A stretch of 63,954 bases of DNA, filler included, from Octopus bimaculoides (Eukaryota), in NCBI RefSeq assembly GCF_001194135.2. It is 6 parts of 4 records of this genome, joined end to end, with 100 filler letters (N's around TTAATTAATTAA, not from the genome) between each part and the next. Parts side by side here need not be neighbours in the genome. Positions count along the whole stretch, not along the records: positions 47,775 to 53,516 come from NC_068981.1; positions 53,617 to 54,794 come from NC_068983.1; positions 54,895 to 62,799 come from NC_068987.1; 3 more parts are not named here. One strand, given 5' to 3'. Below, in pieces: positions 50,376 to 62,899 of this stretch. The notes under the pieces are model-generated. The model saw nothing but the letters and a program-made list of their open reading frames with translations, did no database searches and was not told the origin of the DNA. Position 1 is the first letter of the stretch. Each line of letters starts with the position of its first letter. Both the position numbers and the translations under genes were made by a program.

Positions 50376-50590
50376 AGAAAAAGAAATGAAAGAGTAACTG
50401 AGGATGGAGTATTTCCGAAGACTGAAGTTGGTGTTGCGGTCAAAATTAACTGGATTGAATAAAATCCAAGCAGTTAATACATGGGCGAGAATTATAAAAT
50501 GGCAAAAGGAAGAGATGATAAAAGTAGATTCCACGACCAGAAAAATGTTGAGAGTACACGGAGCCTTTTCAGAATCGTCAAAATTCCTAA
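50376..50590 (+). mobile_element. R4/Dong-clade LINE, continuation of the 48091-48950 copy
   Basis: EKEMKE*LRMEYFRRLKLVLRSKLTGLNKIQAVNTWA directly continues ...NEITEKE. Confidence 0.85.
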
Positions 50591-52034
50591 GATCTGAATA
50601 TCCAGTGGATTAGGAAAAAGTTATATTGTTTGCTGAATGTTATAGATACAACAAATTGCATTATTATAGTGATGATTGCATTCAACAATGCTGTAAATTT
50701 AGCGATCAGCAACGTATATGAAACAGAAATCGATAAATCCTTTGATCTTCTGCATGCAATCATCAACAAGATCCATATTTACAGGTCAGGAATCCATGCA
50801 GCTACTTATAACAACGAAATAGCAAATACAATATATACTTGGTCAAAGCATCGTTTCATATTTCAAAGGGTTTATACAGTTGTTGCAGATTTAATTGGGA
50901 AAACATCTGCATCGTATACTTATATCACGAAAGAGTGTATGATCCAATTTCCACTATTTTTTTCTGTGCAAAACCAGTATTAGAAACAACAACCACATAT
51001 TTTATATGTTTTGGGGTAGTTATGTTCATGAATATGACAAGTAATACATATTATCACACATGTACACATAGACGTATCAATACAAAAAGGCATGTATTGT
51101 TATAGAATTAGAAATTTATTTTTAGTAAATATGCATATAATCATCTATTTTCCAGTATACTCGTGAGAACATATCATAAATAGTATTTTGTGGTTATACT
51201 CTGAAATTTACATTCCTGCAAGTCTTTCAGACCTAGAATTGAGTGAAAATTATATATATATAGTAATACACCGATTCGTCGAACTCTTTCAGAGAAAAGC
51301 CAGACAGACCAAATATATACGTTTACATATGTGCCCCGCAAAAAAATCTATATATTATTCGAAACAGTAATGTACCTACTGACGAGAACAATAGGGGTAC
51401 GTATATGGGCAGATTATCAGATTACGTTTGCGTATTATTCGAGCATGTACTGATGTATTAAGTGGAAATATAGAATGAAAATAAAAAAAAAATTACAAAT
51501 TTAGAATTCTGAATTGGCTCGATAACTAATCTGAAGGAAGTGTATTGCTTCTCACAGTCAATTACACTTCACGTATAGATGAACAGTTTGTTTTGTCAGC
51601 AGCATTTCAAAATGTTCGTACTATGAAAAAGAAAGCGGGGAGAGGAAACACAAACTAATGAGTTTAGAAATTTAAAATGAAAGATACATTTGTGAAACTA
51701 GTGCAAGTCAATGACGATATTGTCTAAATCCATGCTATCAACCACTGCACGGTGATTCCTTTATCTTTTCTTATCTAGACTGAAATAATTCACTTTAGCT
51801 TTTCTGCTTTTTCGCTTCTACTCTGTATGGTTACAGTAGAACATAATTTCAATATGTTAAAAATTTATTGAGTAGATCATTCATTAACTCCGTATTATAA
51901 TTAAGTTTTGAATCACTCAGTATTGAAGGGTGTACTCGTAAAAAATCAATCCTATGAGACACAGGAACCGACGTTTATTTCATTAAATATAATATTACTT
52001 TCAGATTTCTCTCTCTCTCTCTGTCTCTCTCTCA

Positions 52035-52098
<64 letters not shown>

Positions 52099-52219
52099 AT
52101 TTAGATTCAATATTGAATGTGGCACTTAAGTTTAGGCACCAGAATATAGTATGGTATTATCCAAACAATTCCAAAACCAAGGTGATCAAAAATCAAAAGA
52201 AGCAAGACGGATTTTAAAG

Positions 52220-53300
52220 GTTATTGCAGTACGCACGTTTCATGCTACTCCATTTATTTCAGTAATGCGAGCATTATATTAAATGCAAAATGCAAAGCAA
52301 TCTTCAGCTGCACAAGGACATAGAAAATTCACTGAAAATCTCAGCAGAATGGACATATTACTGTTTTAACAGTAAGATAAATTTAATCATTTTTTTTTTT
52401 GTTAAGAGTGGGTTTGAATTTCTTAATAAAGTCCTTTTCTTTGCGTTTTCTCTCAATTTTATTCAGGTTGTAAAGTTTATGGAATGAAAATATAAAAGTT
52501 TCACGACCACATGTTGCCAGATCTGACAGATGTACTCCAACACACTGGCTGTTCTTTTGTCTTTTATACCTATCCCTTTGGACAGCAGCTGTAGGTGCTT
52601 GGCTATTTTTAGAAATGATGCCAAGTTTATTTTTAGAAATGATGACATTTGCGAGATTTTTTTCTGTTTTAGTTATAGGGATAAGGTTTTTTAAACCCCA
52701 AGTAAGATAAATTTCATCACTGTTTGTTAAGAGTGGGTTTGCATTTCTTAATAAAGTCCTTTTCTTTGTGTTTTCTCTCAATTTCATTCAGGTTGTAAAG
52801 TTTACGGAATGCAAATATCATAAAAGTTTCACGACCACATGTTGCCAGATGGTTACTCAGTGGTATTTGGCGGACCTCTGGGTTTTTAATCTGTTGTCGA
52901 TGAACACGTAAGCGTTCCGATAGTGCATTACCTGTCTGGCCAACGTACAATTCTTCACAATTAGGGCTTTTGATGCAGTAGATTAGATTTCTACTTTTGG
53001 AGTTCATGTTCACATTGGTGAATATTTTCTGTTTTTCTGTTCATATATGGGCCGGTATGAATTGATCGGTATGTACCGCATCGGCTATAATTACATTTGG
53101 ACACAGTGAATGTTTGATTTTTTTGGCTGAGGTCAAACCTTGCCTTTGTTAATAGCTTTTTCAAGTTTTTAGGTTGTCTCTTACTGAGAGTTACACTTTG
53201 ATCTGTAATGATATTTCTCAATTCCTTACTTTGTGCAACAATTTACTATTTATATTATATATTCCATATTCCATAACATAATATAGAACACCACTAATCT
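52220..53300 (-). mobile_element. Penelope-like element 3' portion with tandem terminal repeats
   Basis: SKRQPKNLKKLLTKARF...KCNYSRCGT; RNLIYCIKSPNCEELYVGQTGNALSERLRVHRQQI (GIY-YIG); direct repeat ~52398-52523 and ~52723-52850. Confidence 0.92.
52225..52312 (-). ncRNA. Type I hammerhead ribozyme motif, intact core, expanded stem II
   Basis: Minus strand: TGCAG-CTGAAGA-(59 nt)-GAAAC-GTGC-GTA-CTGCA. Perfect 5-bp stem I, 2-bp stem III with 4-nt loop, GUA triplet. Confidence 0.78.
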
Positions 53301-53516
53301 TCAATTTAATATCACTAACGCCCATACATCCCATACACCATTGACACAACAAATCCAGATCTACCCTAATTGCACCAAATCCAGAACTACTTACCTCGCT
53401 TACACATAATCTTTTTACTAAGGGACTAATAGACTTCACACCGTTTAAAATTCGGTGTATACTCAAAGCAATGACTAGTAATATAAAGAAACCGGTATGC
53501 TTGTAAATCTCTTTGA

Positions 53517-53616
53517 NNNNNNNNNNNNNNNNNNNNNNNNNNNNNNNNNNNNNNNNNNNNTTAATTAATTAANNNNNNNNNNNNNNNNNNNNNNNNNNNN
53601 NNNNNNNNNNNNNNNN
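53517..53616. other. Artificial scaffold-join spacer
   Basis: 44 N + TTAATTAATTAA + 44 N. Confidence 0.97.
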
Positions 53617-53681
<65 letters not shown>

Positions 53682-53689
53682 ATATAAAT

Positions 53690-54600
53690 GTAAGATTTAG
53701 AGATCGCCCCTACACGCTGGAAGTGCGTACACTGCTTGATATCCATAAATAGTGGGACTTTGCAGAATTTCAAGGTAATTACTTCTCTTGATAGTTGATC
53801 TATCAGGCATAAACCACAATCCGCATCTTCCACCACCACAAATAGCTCCCCACGCCATAACTTTTGGGGCATTTTTAACATTTAGGATAATGTAGCGAGG
53901 ATTATCCCTTCGCTAAACATGTCGTCTCACATGTCTGCAAAATACATAAAATAGTAACAGCTTAGTTTCATCCGAAAACATAACTCGTTTCCATTGTTCG
54001 ACTGACCAACTTTTAAACTTTTGGCAAAATGCCAAAAGATAGGCAATATGTTTTGGGGTTAACCTTGGTTTACTTGAAGGTTTGTATGACTTAAGTCCGG
54101 CGTCAAATAATCTTGTACGAATTGTCCTTTGGTTAGGAACCCTGCCTTCTTGCGGTAGACCAGCTTGAATAGCTTCGGAAGACTTTCTGGGTGACTTTTT
54201 GGCAGCTAAAATGATAGCATCGCCCATTCGCTTGGTGATGAGTTTTGAGCGACGCGTAGGCTTGTCAAATACATATTTTCCAGCAGATTTCAAGTTGTTT
54301 ATTGACCTTAAAACTGTTCGCTTTGTCAATTTCAATCTTTCACCAATTTGTCGACTGCTGTATCCTTCTTCGTACAGAATTTTTATTTCAGCATGACTTT
54401 CCGACGAAATTCTTCAACCAGGCATTCTTTAGAACGACAGAAAAATGATTAACAAGAAAAAGTTGCCATAAAATATTTTAGTGACAGCTTATCAGAGATT
54501 GGATCAGTCAATCAGAGTACATCAACCAATCAGGGGTCAGTAATCACGCAGAAAACACGTTAACACTGAATAATGAGAAAACAAATTTGAACGATCGACT
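53690..54600 (-). mobile_element. Tc1-like transposon, transposase truncated near the second Asp
   Basis: ATG at 54425; HTH GYSSRQIGERLKLTKRTV; WKRVMFSDETK; then KVMAWGAICGGGRCGLWFM...THFQ in shifted frames. Confidence 0.88.
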
Positions 54601-54620
54601 AATGATTTAAAATAGCATAT

Positions 54621-54651
<31 letters not shown>

Positions 54652-54794
54652 CATACATACATCTTTCTCCCCCCCATACCCACAATCCCCCTCTCTCAAT
54701 CCACCTTCCCTCTCTTATACCCACCCTCTCTCCTCTCTCCCCTCCCATACCCATCTTCCCTCTCTCTTACATCCACCTTCCCCATCCCCCTTCA

Positions 54795-54894
54795 NNNNNN
54801 NNNNNNNNNNNNNNNNNNNNNNNNNNNNNNNNNNNNNNTTAATTAATTAANNNNNNNNNNNNNNNNNNNNNNNNNNNNNNNNNNNNNNNNNNNN
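54795..54894. other. Artificial scaffold-join spacer
   Basis: 44 N + TTAATTAATTAA + 44 N. Confidence 0.97.
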
Positions 54895-54924
<30 letters not shown>

Positions 54925-54928
<4 letters not shown>

Positions 54929-55080
54929 CGTTGGGATGGCTTCTTTCCATGTAACAAATCTCTTCGCAAAGCTTTAGTCAACATGGCTTTTAGTTGAAGA
55001 AACGTACCGAAGATGCCACCAATATCTATGTGGTTGGGGTGCAAACGTCTTTCCACACAGCCAGTCTTGTGCCTTAAAGG
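54925..55080 (-). mobile_element. Degenerate SINE family A, 5' part
   Basis: Reverse complement GGCACAAGACTGGCTGTGTGGAAAGACGTTTGCACCCCAACCACAT...GAAGCCATC aligns with the family A head. Confidence 0.7.
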
Positions 55081-55589
55081 TGTAAGTACCAATAAACGCT
55101 GCGTTCACATAGAATAGAGACTTAGTGTTTAGAAGTACAGAATCAAATGAGTCGTTTAATTATGCGTTTCTTACATATTGACTATATCATTCAGCATTGT
55201 TCTCAAGTACCAGTTGGGAACACATCTAGACAATATTTTCTTCTCAAGCTTATCAGTAACCAAATAGTTTGTTTCGCAGTGTTCTTGTAGACATGTGTAT
55301 CTGTATTTGCGAAGACATCTACTTATATTTGTGTAAATGTGTATGCGTGTATGTGTTTTGTTTATGTGTGTGTATGTGATGGGGTCTCTGTATTTTGTAG
55401 AAAGGTTTGAAAAGTCCTTCAAGCAAGATTCGTTTCATTCGGATCATTTCGGTATTCAGCAGAAAATAAAAAAAAACTGTATTAACTTGCAGCAGGTGAA
55501 AAGCAACATGTTTACACTGGAAGAATGAAAGTGTATTAGGAAATTTCAGAAATAGTAACAAACACGGCAACGAAAATTTGGAAGCAATG

Positions 55590-55626
55590 ATAATAATAAT
55601 ACGAATACTACTACTACTACTACTAC

Positions 55627-55695
<69 letters not shown>

Positions 55696-55775
55696 TAATA
55701 ATAATAATAATGATAATAATGATTATAATAATAATAATTCTACCAGGAATAATAATAAACATGAATCAAATCAAC

Positions 55776-55851
<76 letters not shown>

Positions 55852-55886
55852 TTAGTAGTAGTAGTGGTAGCAGCAGCAGCAGTACC

Positions 55887-55935
<49 letters not shown>
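55590..55935. repeat. Compound trinucleotide microsatellite (ACT)/(AAT)/(AGT)/(AGC)
   Basis: Directly visible; source of the poly-Ile/poly-Ser ORF. Confidence 0.95.
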
Positions 55936-56314
55936 ATTATCCATGTCGTAGGTAAAGTAATATCGACACCAACTACGTATTGCATTTTGAGAAGTTGTTT
56001 ATGAAGCGGCTTACGGTAAACAACTTTGAGAAAACTAAAATGAATTCTTCTTAACAAGACCATGCTTTGTGAATATGAATAACGTTATTTCTATTTCCTC
56101 ATTTTTATTTCCTATGGAAATTATTATTCGAAACTCAAAATGAACTAACAATATATGGATATTCGTATTTTTTATTGATATTGTGTTCTTCCTCTCACTT
56201 CCTCCACGTTACTGAACATATGCGCGAGTATTAAATACAGAGGAATAAATACATGCATGCATACATACATACATTTATAAAGAAAGAGAGGGAGGGAAAG
56301 AGAGAGAAACCCAC

Positions 56315-56425
<111 letters not shown>

Positions 56426-58579
56426 CTGATAGATAGAGAGAGAGATATGTATATGGTACTTTCAGATCATAATATCTTAAGGAGCAGATGGACTTTAGAA
56501 TCATAACATATTTCTCTATATTATGTCTCGCATTCCATGGTATTGTCTGATTTGCATAACATTGTATGAGATATGCAATATAAATGCTGTCTGTTCATGG
56601 AAACATTTGTAATGTTAGTCTGACTTCTCCTTTCCTCATTTAAATAATTCATTTTACTTTTCACTTTGCGGGGTATATTTTAAGCTTACCGCATCTTACC
56701 TGGGATTGTATAGTAGTCCTATTTATATCGATGGATTTCTTATGGATATCCTGATTTTGGAATGCTACGTTTGCCAACATCCGGCATTATGTGCTAACGA
56801 GGTGATAGTCACGATTATATCATGTCCTCAAACTGTGTACGTATGTGTGTCACTGCATACACAAACATGAGTATGTGTATACATGCATATACACAAATGA
56901 GCGTGTGTACACATGCATATATATAAATTGGTGTGTGGTGTGAACACATGCATATACATACGACTACAGAGTCTCGATTAAATTAAAACATCGGAACAGT
57001 ATCTGACTGTTATTTATATTCTTAGTCTCGGAAGAAGAAAGGACGTACGATTCGAAATCATTGATATTATAACTTCAAACTGAAACAGGTGATACTAAAT
57101 ATATTAATGATTGTTTCTTACTTAATCTTAACACTCCACGAATATCAAAAACGGTTAATTTGTAAATAGTTGTTACATATTCTATAAATGGCAGTTAAAG
57201 ATATCTTAATCTTCACTTTACACTTTTAAAAAGAAGAATGACATCGAATATTATATAGTCGAAAAGATTTGATCGTTCATCTACTTAATCCGATCTTCCT
57301 TTGAATTGAATAATATCATTAAATAGCATTAAATTCTGTTATAGAAATTTATATATCTAATCCATTTTTATCTACTATTTTAACTACTATAGACAACATA
57401 TATGTTTATTTCGAAAAATTCACGGTGATATAATTGTATAGTACACTTCCAGTAATCTGCCACCCCTTCCGACAAAGTACTTAGTGGTGGGAACAGTGAA
57501 CAGTGATGGCACTATATAGACTGTTATTCATAGTATTTAGCTACAAATAAAAAAAAGAAAATGTCGTGAAGCAGACTACCATATAGTGGGACATATGTGC
57601 CTCTCGAACTATTGGATACTGGTTTAAATATAAATATACTGTATCCCGATTTCGTTTACTGAGATGCATTACAATTATCACGAATTTCCCTTGCGCAGAG
57701 TAATTTCCGACCATACCGAAGTGAATAACATATTCACTAAATTAAATGAAAGAAGTCACTAGAGAGACAAGTTATGGAGACAGAATACTAAGAACAATAG
57801 AAGGCATAGTTTCTGACACACACACATAAACACACATACACGCACGCATAAAAATACACACACATATACATACAGAGTCACACACAGATCTTGTCAAAAT
57901 AGATTAGTTTCCAAGACCAGCAGAAATATGCATGAGCATGGTTGCTTATCCAGTTGGAATTTTGCCAAAAATAAACAGAAAAAAACAATTGTAAAGAAAA
58001 TACCTCGTAAAATGGAGAAAATATTTATATATTCAAAACATCAATTTTCATTATTTCTAATATTACTAATATTAGCATTATCGACAGTTAATCTCTCCGG
58101 TTCTGTTGTTTCAGGAATATTTAATTACTTTTTCAGTAGTTAATTGTATTATTTCAGTAAAGATGTAGACAATTTTCATCCTAGTAGACTTATGATAAAC
58201 ATTAAATACACATATACGCACACATATTTACTGTTAATTCATTACAGATTTAAAATAATAGTATCAGTTATCAATGTTTTTGGTATTAAATATACATGCC
58301 CTAGCCATTGAAACTATATCTTATGAAACTTTTAGAAGTGAATTATCGATCACGAGTCATAGTTTAATTCCTTTTAATTCCATTTATATCTTCGTTTTTT
58401 TTTTCTCTATATTTTACACTTGTTTATACACAATACTCAAACAGTAAAAATATATTATTAGGCTTTGAAATTATAGGAGGTTAATTCAGATCATTTGTGA
58501 ACATTTGATTAAGTTTGGGCAAGGATTATTTCAGGGCGAGTAAATAAATTTCTCTTCTGAAAATATGGAAATATCAAAG

Positions 58580-59170
<591 letters not shown>

Positions 59171-59627
59171 CTCATAACCAAATGGTTATGTGAATCTACC
59201 ACTAGTCGCATACACTTGGATTTACGAACTTTATCTGCTAATATTATTACGTCATTCTGATCACACAGAAACAGCTGTCACACCCGAGACACCATACCTT
59301 CTCCCTTTTTTTGTACTTGAGTAAATGTACTTTGTTAATATAAAACTAGTTATATATTTACACCTGAATGCTCATCGTATGAATATATTTGTCTCTATTT
59401 ATTTACATGTATGTACGTGTGTAAATTTTATATATTTCACCAAAGCGGTTTTAAGTTCTTAATTTATTTCTTAATCCTATGATTTGGTTATTTCATAGCA
59501 TAAAATGTTTATTGTGAGTTTTATGAAACTTTTTTATAAAATTTCTTTATACAATTCTTGTATATATCTATATTTTTATCTATATATTTTTATATATTTG
59601 TTTTAAATTTATATATATATATAAACT

Positions 59628-59702
<75 letters not shown>

Positions 59703-60196
59703 AGGAGGTGTGTATGTAAGTATGAATATGTATATATTTTTGTGTGTGTATCTGTGTATATATTTACTTGTATATATATTTGTGTATATATATATATATA
59801 NNNNNNNNNNNNNNNNNNNNNNNNNNNNNNNNNNNNNNNNNNNNNNNNNNNNNNNNNNNNNNNNNNNNNNNNNNNNNNNNNNNNNNNNNNNNNNNNNNNN
59901 NNNNNNNNNNNNNNNNNNNNNNNNNNNNNNNNNNNNNNNNNNNNNNNNNNNNNNNNNNNNNNNNNNNNNNNNNNNNNNNNNNNNNNNNNNNNNNNNNNNN
60001 NNNNNNNNNNNNNNNNNNNNNNNNNNNNNNNNNNNNNNNNNNNNNNNNNNNNNNNNNNNNNNNNNNNNNNNNNNNNNNNNNNNNNNNNNNNNNNNNNNNN
60101 NNNNNNNNNNNNNNNNNNNNNNNNNNNNNNNNNNNNNATTGATTGTGTATATCCTTTATGTCTAGTTCTGCTGGTAATGCTAAATGTCGTTAACTA

Positions 60197-60255
<59 letters not shown>

Positions 60256-61899
60256 GAAATGTTATTTTAATCAACGATCAAGTGAATTTATATGTTGTTT
60301 TTTTCTGGTTTTGATTGGTATGACGTTCGGGTAATTTCTTTCTATCATAATTTAATTGAATAGAATTTATATGTATAGAGATTAAACAAAAATGCATCAA
60401 GCATATAATGAAATAATATAGAATGTATTAGTAATTAGGCAAATGAGAATTTGTTATTACGTGAATATAAACATATGTATACACGCATCTGTATAGTAAA
60501 TATAATTCATTAATGATGGGCAAAAGACGCGCTAGAATTTTAAATGAAATTAAAAAATATAGTAATCGGAATCGTAGGACGAAAGACTATAGATTTAAGG
60601 CTAAAGATTAACCATTATATATTATATATAGTCATGATTAGAAGGATATTAAGTTCAATAGTTTTTAAGGGAGATACAATCAAATACTAAACCAATACGG
60701 TAATCAGTAAGTAAACAAACAAATAAATAAATAAATGAGTACAAATATATTTAATATACGTAATTATTTTGTAATGTAGGAGAGACTAACACATCTAAAA
60801 TTCATATTGAATTCTTCAAATAAAAGCACAAAAATTCATTGGTTAACATTTTCAAATAACAGCGTTCTGTGGAATAAGCCTTGGTAACGGAAATGGAGTA
60901 AATATAGAATGGAGGGAAGTGACGAGAGAGTATGGAAGAGGAAAATAATTTAGGCGAAGACTATAAAGTAAGGTGGGAGTACATCAAAGTTCTCAAATAA
61001 ATAAAGATATGAAAAGGGTCAATATGTCAGAATTGCTTTTACTGAAGTTGGCTTCGATACCGGAAGTAGGAATGTAGTTTGGGGAGGAAAAAGGAGCTGG
61101 AAGAGAAGAATGACGTAGGAGAAAAGGTATATAATATAAAGTGGAAATTCGCCAATGAAAAACAATATAGTTAAGTTACGGTTTATGGGATAAAATGCCA
61201 TGTGTACTATTACACTTTAGTTTGCCGTTGATATAAATAAATAAAGTGGTCAATAAACTTATTAACAAGACGAAGCAATTTTGTTTTATATGTGTTATAC
61301 TACATATGGAAAAAAATTAATGTCATGGTAAGTAAAGGTAGTAATGTACAAGAATTAAGTTAAAATGAATTAGAAGTTACACATATGTCAATAAGATTAA
61401 TAAGATTATTATATAAATGCATATATTTTAGCTCAATAAGGAAATAATTAAATGAATAAATAATAAATAAATAAATAAAAATAAAGTAGCTAAATAAGAT
61501 TAATTTTAGTAACTGTGCTGTAAGATGGGTACGTGTTATAATGTGGATAAAATGTGCTAAGATTATAAATGTTTAAAATAACATGGATAACTGCATATAA
61601 TAGTTAAATAAGTAAGCAAATTAAATAAATAAATTTATAAATAGGTAACAGTTAATTTTTAAAAATTAATACATTAAATAGGAAGATCCAATGATTGCAT
61701 ACCTGTGTAATAATGAATAGGTAGAAATGAATACAATGGAGGTATAGAAGGGTTCAACAACAATACAGGTAGTCTAAATTATATTGGTGATACATAAAAA
61801 ATACATGAATACTGCATAGGAGTAAGAAGTATAAATGATCAAATAAATCAAAGGTTGAGGAATAAGATGCTGATATATTAGTAAAAAGAATATGAACAG

Positions 61900-62350
61900 T
61901 TAATTGTTAATTAATTTATATTTAGAAAAAACAAATTTTGCCATGTGTAGACAAGATTTATCTCGCTCGTCTCTAAGGTTAAGAAAAGGGAATTTTCCAG
62001 AGCGGATGAAACATTCTTCAGAGTTAGAGTTATATTTATTCCTAAAAGTATAAAGATGCGTGTATATGGGTTATTTCATTTTGTTTTGAGTGGCCCCAAT
62101 ATAAGAATGTTTATTTCCTAAAGCTGTTACAGTGCATTGATGTAATACAGTTTTTTCTTCTGCAGATATTCTTTAGTTAGCAATTATTTTTAACCCTGCA
62201 ATCACAATTGCTGGTTATATTTTATTAAGCTTGTTAGATGAGGGGAACACTATTAGATATATTTCTGTTGTTCTGTAGGATTGTGTTATTGTGATGTGTA
62301 ATATTATCATGGTTATCTCGATTAAAGGAGTATGTGTTAAGCATAGGGAG
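61900..62350 (-). mobile_element. Highly degenerate Penelope-like GIY-YIG fragment
   Basis: NCDCRVK.NC, KTVLHQCTVTALGNK..YIGATQN, TWQ remnants across frameshifts. Confidence 0.55.
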
Positions 62351-62384
62351 ATTAGGATAATTAGTGCTATTATTATCATTATTA

Positions 62385-62799
62385 TTATTGTTCAGTAGTT
62401 TCATTCTTATAACGTGCTTTCACTTCACTACCGAGCGCAGCTCTGTGCGCCTTGAGTATGTGCTGTCGTTTGCTGTGGTGCTCTTATGTTTATTGTATTG
62501 AAAGTGTTTTGCGTAGAATGTGTGCAGTACCCAGTAGTGCAATTTTCTGTATGTTATATATATTTGTAAGTCCTGGTGTTTTTGTTATGTATTTGTCTGA
62601 ATATTTTTTTATTATACCTAAGGCACCTACTATGATAGGAATTGTCTCTGTTTTTAGATTCCACATTCGAGTTATCTCTATTTCCAGGTCTTTGTATTTT
62701 GAAAGTTTTTCCATTTCTTTTAGAGAAACGTTGTCATCTGCTGGTATTGATACATCAATTAGAAAGCATTTTTTTCTTCATGATCTTTGACAACTATAT
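62385..62799 (-). mobile_element. R4/Dong-clade LINE 3' end, young copy
   Basis: MEKLSKYKDLEIEITRMWNLKTETIPIIVGALGIIKKYSDKYITKTPGLTNIYNIQKIALLGTAHILRKTLSIQ*, same 3' UTR, short AAT tail. Confidence 0.92.
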
Positions 62800-62899
62800 N
62801 NNNNNNNNNNNNNNNNNNNNNNNNNNNNNNNNNNNNNNNNNNNTTAATTAATTAANNNNNNNNNNNNNNNNNNNNNNNNNNNNNNNNNNNNNNNNNNNN
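62800..62899. other. Artificial scaffold-join spacer
   Basis: 44 N + TTAATTAATTAA + 44 N. Confidence 0.97.

Noticed and set aside
55578-55955. Poly-Ile/poly-Ser 125-aa ORF
   Set aside because: Translation of (AAT)n and (AGT)n tracts.
56760-56866. LECYVC...C...CP...C peptide resembling a Ly6/three-finger domain start
   Set aside because: No signal peptide, convincing splice sites or remaining cysteines; it ends in a TG-rich repeat, so chance is likely.
58011-58143. Signal-peptide-like hydrophobic ORF (MEKIF...FSLFLILLILALS)
   Set aside because: T-rich DNA readily gives hydrophobic runs; there is no good donor site or downstream exon.
60280-60345. Possible hammerhead remnant on the minus strand (TATGATA...CGAACGTC)
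   Set aside because: Core and stems are too degenerate to distinguish from chance.
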